A DNA stretch of 64,000 nucleotides from Candidatus Culexarchaeum nevadense (lineage in GTDB: Archaea; Thermoproteota; Methanomethylicia; Culexarchaeales; Culexarchaeaceae), in the NCBI GenBank assembly GCA_025060975.1, contig JANZKA010000001.1, positions 28,607 to 92,606 on the forward strand, in the 5' to 3' direction. Both the position numbers and the translations under genes were made by a program. The notes beneath the pieces were generated by a model, which saw nothing but the letters and a program-made list of their open reading frames with translations, did no database searches and was not told where the DNA came from. Positions 21,335 to 30,556 of the stretch are shown here, in pieces (within the stretch, counting starts at the first letter, position 1; each line of letters begins with the position of its first letter).

Positions 21335-21850
21335 ATGAGTAATAGTAAAGGGATAAGTGCAATAATGGTCTCGATAATACTATTAGCAGTATCCATTGGA
21401 ATGGCAGTAGCCTACGCATCAACCATGATGGGATGGTTTGGAAGCGCTATGAACATAGTGAAAATAGATGCATCAGAATCTAAAATAATTCTAAACCCAT
21501 CCACAAATCAAACAAGGATACAAATAGTGCTAAGAAACATGGGAACTACAACAATAAAAGTGAGTAGCATCTCGATAGACACAGAAAAGGGGAAAGCAAT
21601 TATAAACTTTACAAAGAGTGATGTGAAAATATATATGCAAGATCAATCTCCATTTGATGGAGACGTATATGGATCTTCAAAGGATGTAACTATCTCTGAT
21701 AAGTACTTATTAATACCACAAGGTTGCACAGCAACTATATACTTTGAAATAATCTTACAAGAGCATGTATGGAAACTTGGAAACATATATAGGGCATTGG
21801 TATTCTATGATGGAGGAATGTTTGACTTTAAGATAAGCGTAGTGTATTAG
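21335..21850 (+). CDS. Archaeal type IV pilin-like protein (class III signal peptide)
   Basis: N-terminus MSNSKG|ISAIMVSIILLAVSIGMAVAYA, a canonical KG|IS PibD/FlaK-type site, followed by a beta-rich 140-aa domain with N-x-S/T sequons. GAGGGG 6 nt upstream of the ATG. Confidence 0.6.
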   Translation: MSNSKGISAIMVSIILLAVSIGMAVAYASTMMGWFGSAMNIVKIDASESKIILNPSTNQTRIQIVLRNMGTTTIKVSSISIDTEKGKAIINFTKSDVKIYMQDQSPFDGDVYGSSKDVTISDKYLLIPQGCTATIYFEIILQEHVWKLGNIYRALVFYDGGMFDFKISVVY

Positions 21851-21861
21851 AAAGACTAAAA

Positions 21862-22254
21862 TTAAAATTTAATTTTTTTCTCTACTTCAATTTTCCCACA
21901 AATTGTATCTAGAATTTCATTTAGAATTATTTTCAATTCTGTAAGAGATTCGTATATTATCATGTCCCTATGAAATAATTCATTTCCAATGGAATTTGAC
22001 TTCATGAAATCCACAAGCTCAGAAATTGCATTCTTTATATAGGCAACATTAATCTTAACTTCTTCCAATGAACTCTCTATTTTAAACAATTTTGCTAGTA
22101 TCTCTTTATCACCCAAATAAATCCCAAAATAAAAATCCCCCGTGAAATATTTCAAACCTCCACTAGGCGATACAAATTTAAAATTAAAAACATAAAATAT
22201 AACCCAAACATAATTATAAAGAAGTAATGTGGAGAAAGTTGCTCTAATATACAC
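21862..22254 (-). CDS. Hypothetical protein
   Basis: 130-aa ORF. The hydrophobic N-terminus may be spurious; the acidic helical C-terminal half could start at an internal codon. Confidence 0.2.
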   Translation of the reverse strand: MYIRATFSTLLLYNYVWVIFYVFNFKFVSPSGGLKYFTGDFYFGIYLGDKEILAKLFKIESSLEEVKINVAYIKNAISELVDFMKSNSIGNELFHRDMIIYESLTELKIILNEILDTICGKIEVEKKIKF

Positions 22255-23284
22255 TGAGGATTACCTGAAGCATGAAACGGGTAGACATGTTGAGAAAGCA
22301 TCAAGACTGATCAGAACACTTGAAGTTTTAGAAAACTCAAAAATCTACAGGGATAAAATAATTGAAATTTTGAAACCTAGAAAAGCTATTGAGGAAGAAG
22401 TATTGAAAGTGCATTCAGAGAATTTGTTAAGGAAAATAAGGAGTTTAGCATTTAAAGGAGGGGGAAGAATAGCTCCAGATACGATAGTTTCAAAACAATC
22501 ATATGATGTTGCATTGCTAGCTGCTGGAGGTGGATTAAGGGCCCTTGAATTGATAAATGAAGGACGTTTTAATAGGGTTTTCGTACTATGCAGACCCCCA
22601 GGACATCATGCTGAACATAATAGGGCAAAAGGGTTCTGTCTAATAAACAATGTTGCTATAACAGCAAAAAAAGCTTTAAAAATGGGATTAAAAAAGGTCT
22701 TCATATTTGATTTCGATGCACATCACGGTGATGGAACACAAAAGATATTCTATGAAGATCCAAACGTTGTTTACGCATCAATACATCAAGATGGGAAAAC
22801 ATTGTATCCCAGAACTGGAGGTATAAGGGAGGTAGGTGCAGGTGGAGGGGAAGGATATAAAATAAATATCCCCCTTCCACCTAGATCAACAGGTACTATG
22901 GCCTTAAAATGCCTAAAAGAAATTATATTACCAATAATGAAAGAGTATAAGCCAGAAATAATATTGGTATCAGCTGGATATGATGGACATTGGCATGATA
23001 GAACTTCAGATTTAATGTACACAACAGAGACATATTATGAATTCATGAAAGAGATCGTGAACAATGCAAGAAATGTAAATAACGGAAAAATTATAGCAAT
23101 ACTTGAAGGAGGATATGATTTGAAATATATGCCATACTCAATATTAAAAACTTTGGAAGCTATGAGTGAAAATAACTGGATAACATTAGAAAAAGAGCCA
23201 AAAATGAGTACTATTGAAAGGAAAACCGTAGAAATACTAATAAAGAAGGCAAAGAAGGTTTTATCAAAATATTGGAATATTTAG
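22229..23284 (+). CDS. Histone deacetylase-family protein (acetoin utilisation AcuC / acetylpolyamine amidohydrolase-like)
   Basis: Class I/II HDAC hallmarks RPPGHHA and DFDAHHGDGTQ, plus GGGGY near the C-terminus. Confidence 0.8.
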   Translation: MEKVALIYTEDYLKHETGRHVEKASRLIRTLEVLENSKIYRDKIIEILKPRKAIEEEVLKVHSENLLRKIRSLAFKGGGRIAPDTIVSKQSYDVALLAAGGGLRALELINEGRFNRVFVLCRPPGHHAEHNRAKGFCLINNVAITAKKALKMGLKKVFIFDFDAHHGDGTQKIFYEDPNVVYASIHQDGKTLYPRTGGIREVGAGGGEGYKINIPLPPRSTGTMALKCLKEIILPIMKEYKPEIILVSAGYDGHWHDRTSDLMYTTETYYEFMKEIVNNARNVNNGKIIAILEGGYDLKYMPYSILKTLEAMSENNWITLEKEPKMSTIERKTVEILIKKAKKVLSKYWNI

Positions 23285-23293
23285 TGATGGATT

Positions 23294-24517
23294 ATGAGGA
23301 AATTCCACATAGCATCCCCTGAAGAAATAAGGAGGGGGGAAACTACAGACGTATACTTTCAGAGAACCATGGAGGTATTAAAGGCAATAGGTAAAGATAA
23401 AACAAAAGTTGTTATGGAAGTAACTACTGGAGGATTACCAAATAATTGGGATTGGGGAGTAATATGTGGAATAGAAGAAGAAATGCATCTACTTGAAGGC
23501 ATACCAGTAAACGTTTATGCAATGCCAGAAGGAAGCATATTCTATCCATTAACGTACAATGGGATAAGGGAACCAGTAATGATAATTGAAGGGGAGTATG
23601 GAAGCTTCGGCCACCTTGAGACAGCAATACTTGGAATATTATGTCAAGCATCAGGAATAGCGACAGCAACAGCACACATAAAAGTAGCTGCAGATTTCAA
23701 ACCAATATACTCATTTGGAATAAGGAGAATGCATCCAGCCATAGCGCCAATGATAGATAGAGCTGCATATATCGGGGGTGCTGATGGGGTTTCAGGAGTT
23801 GGTGGAGCAAAACTTATTGGCAAAGAACCAGTTGGAACAATGCCACACGCATTAATCATCATAATTGGGGATCAAAGAGAAGCTTGGAGGAAATTTGATG
23901 AGGTTATTGATAGGAAAGTTCCAAGAATAGCATTAATAGACACATTCTATGATGAAAAAATCGAAGCCATAATGGCTATTGAAACTCTGGGGGAGAAGCT
24001 TTATGGTGTAAGATTAGATACGCCAAGCTCAAGGAGGGGGGATATGACCGCCATAGTTAGAGAAGTTAGATGGGAATTGAATGTAAGAGGATGTAAAAAT
24101 GTGAAGATAATGGTTTCAGGAGGATTAGATGAGGAAAGTGTAATGGAGTTAAGTAAAGCGGGAGTAGATGCATTTGGTGTTGGAACAAGTATATCGAATG
24201 CCAAAACAATAGATTTCGCATTGGATATAGTTGAGGTTGAAGGGAAACCCATTGCAAAAAGAGGTAAAGCTAGTGGTAAAAAACAAGTTTGGAGATGCCA
24301 AAACTGCCTAACAGATGTGGCTACACTAGTTAATGAAAAAGCAGAGAAGTGCCCAGTATGTGGAAACACTGAAATGAAACCAATGCTACAACAAATTATA
24401 AGAAATGGTGAAATAATAGCTGAAATAAGAGAACCATCAGAGATAAGAGAAAGAGTGTTGAATGATTTAAGGAAGCTTATTAATGTAAAGAAACAATTTA
24501 ATAAGTATCAGAAATGA
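23294..24517 (+). CDS. pncB: Nicotinate phosphoribosyltransferase (archaeal type) with a C-terminal zinc ribbon
   Basis: NAPRT-family length and motifs (GTMPHALI, MVSGGLDEESV). C-terminal C-x2-C...C-x2-C (CQNC...CPVCGN). Confidence 0.75.
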   Translation: MRKFHIASPEEIRRGETTDVYFQRTMEVLKAIGKDKTKVVMEVTTGGLPNNWDWGVICGIEEEMHLLEGIPVNVYAMPEGSIFYPLTYNGIREPVMIIEGEYGSFGHLETAILGILCQASGIATATAHIKVAADFKPIYSFGIRRMHPAIAPMIDRAAYIGGADGVSGVGGAKLIGKEPVGTMPHALIIIIGDQREAWRKFDEVIDRKVPRIALIDTFYDEKIEAIMAIETLGEKLYGVRLDTPSSRRGDMTAIVREVRWELNVRGCKNVKIMVSGGLDEESVMELSKAGVDAFGVGTSISNAKTIDFALDIVEVEGKPIAKRGKASGKKQVWRCQNCLTDVATLVNEKAEKCPVCGNTEMKPMLQQIIRNGEIIAEIREPSEIRERVLNDLRKLINVKKQFNKYQK

Positions 24518-24538
24518 GAGTATACCATATAGGGTGAT

Positions 24539-24617
24539 GGGGCCGTCGTCTAGCTTGGATTAGGATGCCAGCCTGGGGCGCTGGTGGTCCTGGGTTCAAA
24601 TCCCAGCGGCCCCACCA
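24539..24617 (+). tRNA. tRNA-Pro (anticodon GGG), CCA encoded
   Basis: Hand-folded cloverleaf. 7-bp acceptor GGGGCCG/CGGCCCC, D-arm GUCU/GGAU, anticodon stem CCAGC/GCUGG with loop CUGGGGC, T-arm CUGGG-UUCAAAU-CCCAG, discriminator A followed by CCA. Confidence 0.8.
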
Positions 24618-24619
24618 TA

Positions 24620-26080
24620 TCAAAACTTAGACTTTGTTAACCAAGGATACGTCCCTTTAAGATATTTCGTTAAGAAAGTAGCGAATTCCTTGTTGCTGGA
24701 GTAGAAGTCAAGTATCTCTTCATTCTTCAAGATCTTTTGATTCGTCATCAATAATGATTTCATAAGATTTCCCATTTTCGCATTTTTCATCTTCTCAAAC
24801 AAGAGTTGCTTGACATCGGAATACTTCCTCTTCAAATAGACAACCCATCTAAACCCTTCAATTCTAGGTCCGGAGAAAACATTTGGAGAGTTTAAATATT
24901 TGTTCAGAAATCTATTTGCTTCATCAAATATGTATACAGGGGGGCCCACATGCCTCTTTATACTTGGAAGGTTTGAGTGTTCCAATTCGAATATGAATAC
25001 AACCGTATCCTTCTCATCAGACCAAACATCACAATTAATAACATTGAAATCAAAGTTCAACAAGAGATTCCTTAAACCATTTAAGGTCTTATATAGTTGC
25101 CCCCAAAGAATTTCACTATGAACTTTTGGGCAGTTTGTAATTATAAATATTAAGTCACTCCCCCTACTACTAAATTCACTAACCATCTTGTCTTTAGATA
25201 GCGGTTCTATAGGTTCTGGGAAAAAGAACCTCAAATTTGGCGATTCAATGAACATTTTGGATGCTGAAATGAATTTAGACATAGAATCTATTGATAATGC
25301 TGCAGCAACATTCCTATTCTTATCTACCGGGTCTATCACAATTAATGGAGCATTAAATATTCTAATAGCCTCTTTAGGATTACCATAATAACCCTCAATA
25401 TCTATAACTGTGGAGAAGGGCTTCCAGTTTATTGCATTCTTCAAAACACTAATAAAGGAACCGTAATACAAGACCAATAATTCACATAAGTATCCAGAGA
25501 ATCCCTTAACTTTCATCTCAGCACCATAACAACCAATCCCTTTCATAAACCCCTTAAGCAATCTAACCTCATCCTTGGCATTTTCACTAAGATTAGCTCT
25601 CACATATGCTGTATGGAAAGGTGTTCTATCAACAGCCGTCTTCGCTTCATCGACGGAATTCAATTTCAAGCATGGTACAAGATCTATTTTTACACCCTCA
25701 TAATTTAATTCCACATAGGGATGTTCAGCATAAGCTTCAACGAAATTATCTCCAACAACTTTTCTCGCCAAGTTTAAGAGCACATTTCTAAACTCATTCT
25801 TATCATAATTCTTTGGGAATAGCAGAAAGACATCGATATCTTGCTCTTTTGAAAGCCAAGTATCCTTTGCAATTGACCCTTCAACTTCCACGTTTAAATC
25901 CAATCTAAGCTCCCTAATTCCACGTTTCAAATCATCTATTAATCGATTCAATAAACTTTCAAGCTTAATCCTCTCATCGGCACTAGGCTTTAAAACTTCC
26001 AAAGCCTTTGATAAAACTTCATTTAAATCCATAAACCTACACCAACTTGACCTCATATAGATTTGAGTATATGGGTCCAC
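24620..26080 (-). CDS. cca: CCA-adding tRNA nucleotidyltransferase (archaeal class I)
   Basis: GSIAKDTWL...DIDVF nucleotidyltransferase motif. The likely true start is the internal Met (MDLNEVL..., ~26032), which removes the overlap with ligT. Confidence 0.8.
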   Translation of the reverse strand: MDPYTQIYMRSSWCRFMDLNEVLSKALEVLKPSADERIKLESLLNRLIDDLKRGIRELRLDLNVEVEGSIAKDTWLSKEQDIDVFLLFPKNYDKNEFRNVLLNLARKVVGDNFVEAYAEHPYVELNYEGVKIDLVPCLKLNSVDEAKTAVDRTPFHTAYVRANLSENAKDEVRLLKGFMKGIGCYGAEMKVKGFSGYLCELLVLYYGSFISVLKNAINWKPFSTVIDIEGYYGNPKEAIRIFNAPLIVIDPVDKNRNVAAALSIDSMSKFISASKMFIESPNLRFFFPEPIEPLSKDKMVSEFSSRGSDLIFIITNCPKVHSEILWGQLYKTLNGLRNLLLNFDFNVINCDVWSDEKDTVVFIFELEHSNLPSIKRHVGPPVYIFDEANRFLNKYLNSPNVFSGPRIEGFRWVVYLKRKYSDVKQLLFEKMKNAKMGNLMKSLLMTNQKILKNEEILDFYSSNKEFATFLTKYLKGTYPWLTKSKF

Positions 26081-26597
26081 GTGGAGTGAGAATGCTCTTC
26101 TTCAAACGTACCGCTGTTACCGTGAAGCTACCGAAAACCTTCTCACCATAATTTATAAGGAAACTTGTTAGCGAACGTACATTCCTATCACTTCTAAGCC
26201 TCCCAATAGTGATATGAGGAATGAAATCCTTATCTTCAGACTTAAAATTCAATTTCCGCAACCCAGAATCGAGAAATCGATAAAGTTCAATGACATTATC
26301 ACTTCCCTCACCAACCCCAGCCCATATAACTCTAGGCCTAGTAACTGAGGGAAAAGCACCTAAACCTTTAACCTCTAGTGTGAAGGGGGAGACCTTCAGC
26401 CCCCTCATGACATCACAAACCCCATTAATCCTATCAGCAGTTATCTCCCCAAGAAATTTCAAAGTTAAATGAATATTCTCCCTCTCAACAAATTTTATGT
26501 CAAGATCCATTGAAGCTATAATTCCCTGAACTTTAACTAATTCATCAATTATACTCCCATTAATATCAATGGCAATGAAAGCCCTAACAAGCGACAA
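26037..26597 (-). CDS. thpR: RNA 2',3'-cyclic phosphodiesterase / 2'-5' RNA ligase (LigT/ThpR)
   Basis: Two H-x-T-x motifs (HLTLKF and HITIGR). 186 aa. The ligT-cca pairing is conserved in archaea. Confidence 0.8.
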   Translation of the reverse strand: MSLVRAFIAIDINGSIIDELVKVQGIIASMDLDIKFVERENIHLTLKFLGEITADRINGVCDVMRGLKVSPFTLEVKGLGAFPSVTRPRVIWAGVGEGSDNVIELYRFLDSGLRKLNFKSEDKDFIPHITIGRLRSDRNVRSLTSFLINYGEKVFGSFTVTAVRLKKSILTPRGPIYSNLYEVKLV

Positions 26598-26696
26598 AAT
26601 TCACACCTCAAATAGATAGGGAGAGAAAAACTAAATAAACTTTTAATAAATATTAAAGGGGGATAACATATAAAGCTAATAATATGCCTTACTGGT

Positions 26697-27224
26697 ATGC
26701 CAGGATCCGGAAAAACAACTATAAGCGAATTTGTTAAGGAAATGAAGATACCAGTAATAGCAATGGGGGACGTTGTAAGAGAAGAAGCAAAAGTTAGAGG
26801 AATGGAACCCACACCAAAAAATCTTGGAAAATTGATGATTGAAATGAGAAAGAAAATGGGGGCAAATATAATAGCCAAGAAATGCGTGGAAAAAATCAAA
26901 GAGTTAAATTCAAAAATAATATTGGTGGAGGGTGTAAGGAGCCTAGAAGAAATTGAAGAATTTAAAAAAATAGGAGATGTGAAAGTAATAGCCGTACATT
27001 CATCACCCAAAACCAGATATGAGAGGCTATTCAGAAGAGGGAGGTGTGATGATCCTAAAAGCTGGGAGGAATTCAAAGAGAGGGATTTAAGAGAATTAGA
27101 TATTGGAATAGGTAAAGTAATTTCACTAGCAGATGAAATAATTATAAATGAGGGGACAATTGAAGATTTAAAGGAAACCACATTAAAGGTTTTTGGGAAG
27201 GTTATTCAAGATGATAAAGGTTAA
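26697..27224 (+). CDS. P-loop nucleotide kinase (adenylate-kinase-like, UPF0200 family)
   Basis: Walker A GMPGSGKTT. The conserved beta-strand preceding the P-loop (KLIICLT) is encoded in-frame upstream of the first ATG with no canonical start. Confidence 0.55.
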   Translation: MPGSGKTTISEFVKEMKIPVIAMGDVVREEAKVRGMEPTPKNLGKLMIEMRKKMGANIIAKKCVEKIKELNSKIILVEGVRSLEEIEEFKKIGDVKVIAVHSSPKTRYERLFRRGRCDDPKSWEEFKERDLRELDIGIGKVISLADEIIINEGTIEDLKETTLKVFGKVIQDDKG

Positions 27225-27606
27225 AGCCATAGTTGAGGTTAAACCAACTGAAGATGTGGAGAAAGTGAAGAAGGCATTACTAAACTTAATGATACCAGAA
27301 AAAATAGAAATTGAAAACAAGGGTGAAACTCAATTCATTGTAGCTGAGGGAAGTGGAATTGAAAGCTTATTAAAACTACATGAAGCATTGAAGAGAAGAA
27401 GGATACTGACAGCTGCGAGAAATGTAATGAAACAATCAGTCATTGGAACAAATATGATAATATATCTAAACAAGCAAGCAGCATACATGGGATATGCATC
27501 ATTCTGTCAGCGAGAAGGAGAATCACCACTTGGACCTATAACTATAGAGGTAATATGTGATAGTGACAACGAGATAAATGAGTTGATAGATATACTTACT
27601 TCATAG
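27193..27606 (+). CDS. Conserved archaeal small protein (UPF0201/COG1931-like), co-transcribed with the kinase
   Basis: 137 aa. Overlaps the kinase gene by 32 nt. Gene pairing is typical in archaea; no catalytic motif recognised. Confidence 0.35.
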   Translation: MGRLFKMIKVKAIVEVKPTEDVEKVKKALLNLMIPEKIEIENKGETQFIVAEGSGIESLLKLHEALKRRRILTAARNVMKQSVIGTNMIIYLNKQAAYMGYASFCQREGESPLGPITIEVICDSDNEINELIDILTS

Positions 27607-28558
27607 GGTCAATTAAACGTCTTAAACTAACATCATTCTTTGAAATCAATAATTCAAGAAAATCTTCAGCTACAATAACATTACCGAACTTCTCTCTAGC
27701 TTGATTAAGCAATGCTTCCGTGGAAGATGAATACCTCGCACTTATATGCGTTAATACAAGCAACTTAACATTTGCTTTCAAAGCAATTTCAGCAGCCTCA
27801 CTTGCAGTAGAATGCATATCAGAAATAGCTTTATCAACTAGAGAGTCATCAAAAGTTGAGTCATGAATAAGTACATCCGCATTCATACTTAAATTCAAGA
27901 CACTTTCACATGGACGTGTATCCCCAGAGAAAACTATTTTTATACCATCCTTAGGTGGATCCATAACTTGATGTGGGAAAACTGGTTCCCCAAACATGTT
28001 TAACACGCATTTACCCTCTTGCAACATCTTCCACAAAGGCCCCTTTGGAACTCCAAGTGCTAAAGCTTTATCTGGATGAAACTTGCCAGGTTTAGGTTTC
28101 TCTTCAAAGGAGTATGCATAACTTTGCTGAAAGTGCATAGCCTCAGCAGCTCTAACCACATAATCCTTTTCTTCAACTACTATTCCAGAGTTAACCTCAT
28201 TTATATGCAGACCATAAGATATTTGAAATTGAAGGAGCTCTTTAACTTTCATTATGAAATCAACAATCCCTTTAGGTCCATACACGTACACATCGTATTT
28301 CCTATCCATTAAGGATAGCGTTTGGAGAAGTCCAGGAAGTCCTAAAACATGGTCACCATGCATATGAGTTATGAAGATTTTAAGATTTTTAGGAAAACCT
28401 ATACCAGCAATCATCATACTCCTCTGAGCTCCCTCACCACAATCAAATATTAAAAGATCACCACGATACTTAAGAACAATACATGAAAGGCCACGTTTAA
28501 CCGTAGGGAGACCCGCACTAGTTCCAAGGAATATCAATCTTACACTCATAAACCTCAC
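27596..28558 (-). CDS. rnz: Ribonuclease Z (tRNA 3' endonuclease)
   Basis: Metallo-beta-lactamase motif HMHGDHVLG. N-terminal LIFLGTSAG. About 320 aa. Confidence 0.8.
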   Translation of the reverse strand: MRFMSVRLIFLGTSAGLPTVKRGLSCIVLKYRGDLLIFDCGEGAQRSMMIAGIGFPKNLKIFITHMHGDHVLGLPGLLQTLSLMDRKYDVYVYGPKGIVDFIMKVKELLQFQISYGLHINEVNSGIVVEEKDYVVRAAEAMHFQQSYAYSFEEKPKPGKFHPDKALALGVPKGPLWKMLQEGKCVLNMFGEPVFPHQVMDPPKDGIKIVFSGDTRPCESVLNLSMNADVLIHDSTFDDSLVDKAISDMHSTASEAAEIALKANVKLLVLTHISARYSSSTEALLNQAREKFGNVIVAEDFLELLISKNDVSLRRLIDPMK

Positions 28559-29599
28559 CTATACTTTGAACACACAAATCTCTCTGATTAAACTTTTATG
28601 AACTCTCATAATATGAGATTCCACCAACTTAAATCCTACATCTAAACCAATATTCTTAAGATCAACATTTGTAGGACCAGCTATACAAATATAACCATCT
28701 TTAGACATCAACCCATATATGTCTTGCAAGAAATATTTAATTAAACTTTTCAGATCCATACCTTTCGTGGAAGCAGTTCTACCATAAGGGGGATCTGTTG
28801 CAACGAAATTCACAGATTTAAATGGTAAATTTCTGGCATCCCCCAAAATAAGGTTATAATTTTTGAGATTAAAGTACTTTAAATTACTTAGACACCCCCT
28901 AATCATCTTCGTATCAATATCTAACCCAATAACTTCACAGCCAATCAAAGCTGCTTCTATTAAGAATCCACCAAAACCACAAAAAGGATCGAAAAATAAT
29001 CCCCCAGGTCTAGCTCTACACAAATTTACAAAAAGTCTAGAGATTGCTGGTGTTAATGAGCTTGGATGAATGAATGGCCTATTCCCAACCCATCTAAAGC
29101 GAAAATCCCTCCTACAAGACTCTCCTAGGAAAACTCCCAAGACAAAATTTCCACCACTCAAAACACCAACTATAATTTCATCTGGAGATTTGAAATTCAC
29201 TTTTACAGAGCCATTTAAGCTTTTATAGATTACATCTCCCACCATTGATTCCAAAATCCTCGTAGATAAATTCGTAGATGAAGACAAAACTCTATGAACT
29301 CTAACATAGAAACTTTTACCATGTAAAAACGACCAATCAACATCTCTACAAGCTTTGAGAATACTATCATAATCTGCGTCACAGAATATCAATTCTCTAG
29401 CTCCAAAGAACGTCATACCGGATCTTTTAAGAATGGTTTTAATGGATTCCTTTGACGATGAAAATCTAAAGATACAGGGAGGAGAAAAGTTTAATCTATA
29501 TTTTATGTGTTCAGCCTCTAAAATAGCCTTAACTTCAGCCATTGGAAGTGACGGATGTTCACAAGATAATCTTAAAAAGAAATTTTCCATGTCCACCAT
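28559..29599 (-). CDS. THUMP-domain tRNA (guanine10-N2)-methyltransferase (Trm-G10/Trm11 family)
   Basis: SAM motif I DPFCGFGGF, motif IV VATDPPYG. N-terminal THUMP-like region. Confidence 0.7.
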   Translation of the reverse strand: MVDMENFFLRLSCEHPSLPMAEVKAILEAEHIKYRLNFSPPCIFRFSSSKESIKTILKRSGMTFFGARELIFCDADYDSILKACRDVDWSFLHGKSFYVRVHRVLSSSTNLSTRILESMVGDVIYKSLNGSVKVNFKSPDEIIVGVLSGGNFVLGVFLGESCRRDFRFRWVGNRPFIHPSSLTPAISRLFVNLCRARPGGLFFDPFCGFGGFLIEAALIGCEVIGLDIDTKMIRGCLSNLKYFNLKNYNLILGDARNLPFKSVNFVATDPPYGRTASTKGMDLKSLIKYFLQDIYGLMSKDGYICIAGPTNVDLKNIGLDVGFKLVESHIMRVHKSLIREICVFKV

Positions 29600-29602
29600 T
29601 AT

Positions 29603-30487
29603 TTAATGCTTATTTAATAATAGATTTATTGCAGACGCTATAATGGGTGCAACGGATACTTTACTATAATACGATTCAATGGTATCAGTAGAAATAATAT
29701 CGTAAACACCAGCATTAAACATATTGACAACAGCATTACCAATAAATAGTCCATGTGTACAACAAGCGAATATCCTATTAGCTCCATACTCTCTAAACAT
29801 CTTGATAGCATTAACCATAGTTCCACCAGTACTTATTATGTCATCAACCAGTATGACATCCCTACCAGTAACATTAAACTCTTTTAACTCAGACTCCACA
29901 GCTCCGCTACTTCTATCTCTCCTTTTAACAATGTAATCAGATTCAGCTCCAATGATCTTAGCAACAGTTTCCGCATACTTAAACGCTTTAGCATCCGGAG
30001 CTATGATAATTGGATTTACAAGTTGATATTTCAAGAGGAAATCGCCAATAAGTGGGAAAGCAGATAACTCTACTGCTCTATCCCCAAAAAACTTTAACAC
30101 TTCACTGCTATGAACATCTACAAACACATATCTATCTATATCATAAGTTTTAAGTAGATCAGCAATAACCTCAATACTTACCACTTCACCATCAAGAAAT
30201 CTTTTATCTTGACGCATATACGCAAGGTAAGGTACAACTAAAATTATATTTCTAACCTTATAATCACGTAGTAGTTTCAAGAGTAGAAATAACTCAACAA
30301 CCCTCTTATCTTGAGGGGGGGAGAGCGAATGAACTAAAATCACAGAATCATCAACATTAGATAGCAATCTAAAATAACTTTCACCATCAGGGAAAACTTT
30401 CCATTCAAAAATAATTAAATCAAAGGGTAATAGCATTGATAAACGTTTACCAAGACCGCGGGAAGATGGACCTATCATCAACTTCAA
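29603..30487 (-). CDS. prs: Ribose-phosphate pyrophosphokinase (PRPP synthetase)
   Basis: PRPP-binding loop VILVDDIISTGGT and divalent cation site. 294 aa. Confidence 0.85.
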   Translation of the reverse strand: MKLMIGPSSRGLGKRLSMLLPFDLIIFEWKVFPDGESYFRLLSNVDDSVILVHSLSPPQDKRVVELFLLLKLLRDYKVRNIILVVPYLAYMRQDKRFLDGEVVSIEVIADLLKTYDIDRYVFVDVHSSEVLKFFGDRAVELSAFPLIGDFLLKYQLVNPIIIAPDAKAFKYAETVAKIIGAESDYIVKRRDRSSGAVESELKEFNVTGRDVILVDDIISTGGTMVNAIKMFREYGANRIFACCTHGLFIGNAVVNMFNAGVYDIISTDTIESYYSKVSVAPIIASAINLLLNKH

Positions 30488-30556
30488 AGCTATACCACCA
30501 TCAGTAAAAGTATACCTATTAAAATTAATAAAGGTTAATTGCGACGCAAATGTGGT

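Noticed and set aside
9000-22300. Possibility that the filament locus is an integrated mobile element or genomic island delimited by tRNA genes
   Set aside because: No integrase, transposase, direct repeats or flanking tRNA were seen. The nearest tRNA is about 2.7 kb beyond the locus. The locus sits between core genes, hel308 and an HDAC-like gene, with ordinary spacing.
26032-26080. N-terminal 16-residue extension of the cca ORF (MDPYTQIYMRSSWCRF) overlapping ligT
   Set aside because: The conserved CCA-enzyme N-terminus begins at the internal MDLNEVL. The extension would overlap the ligT coding end, so it is treated as an ORF-caller artefact rather than a real extension.
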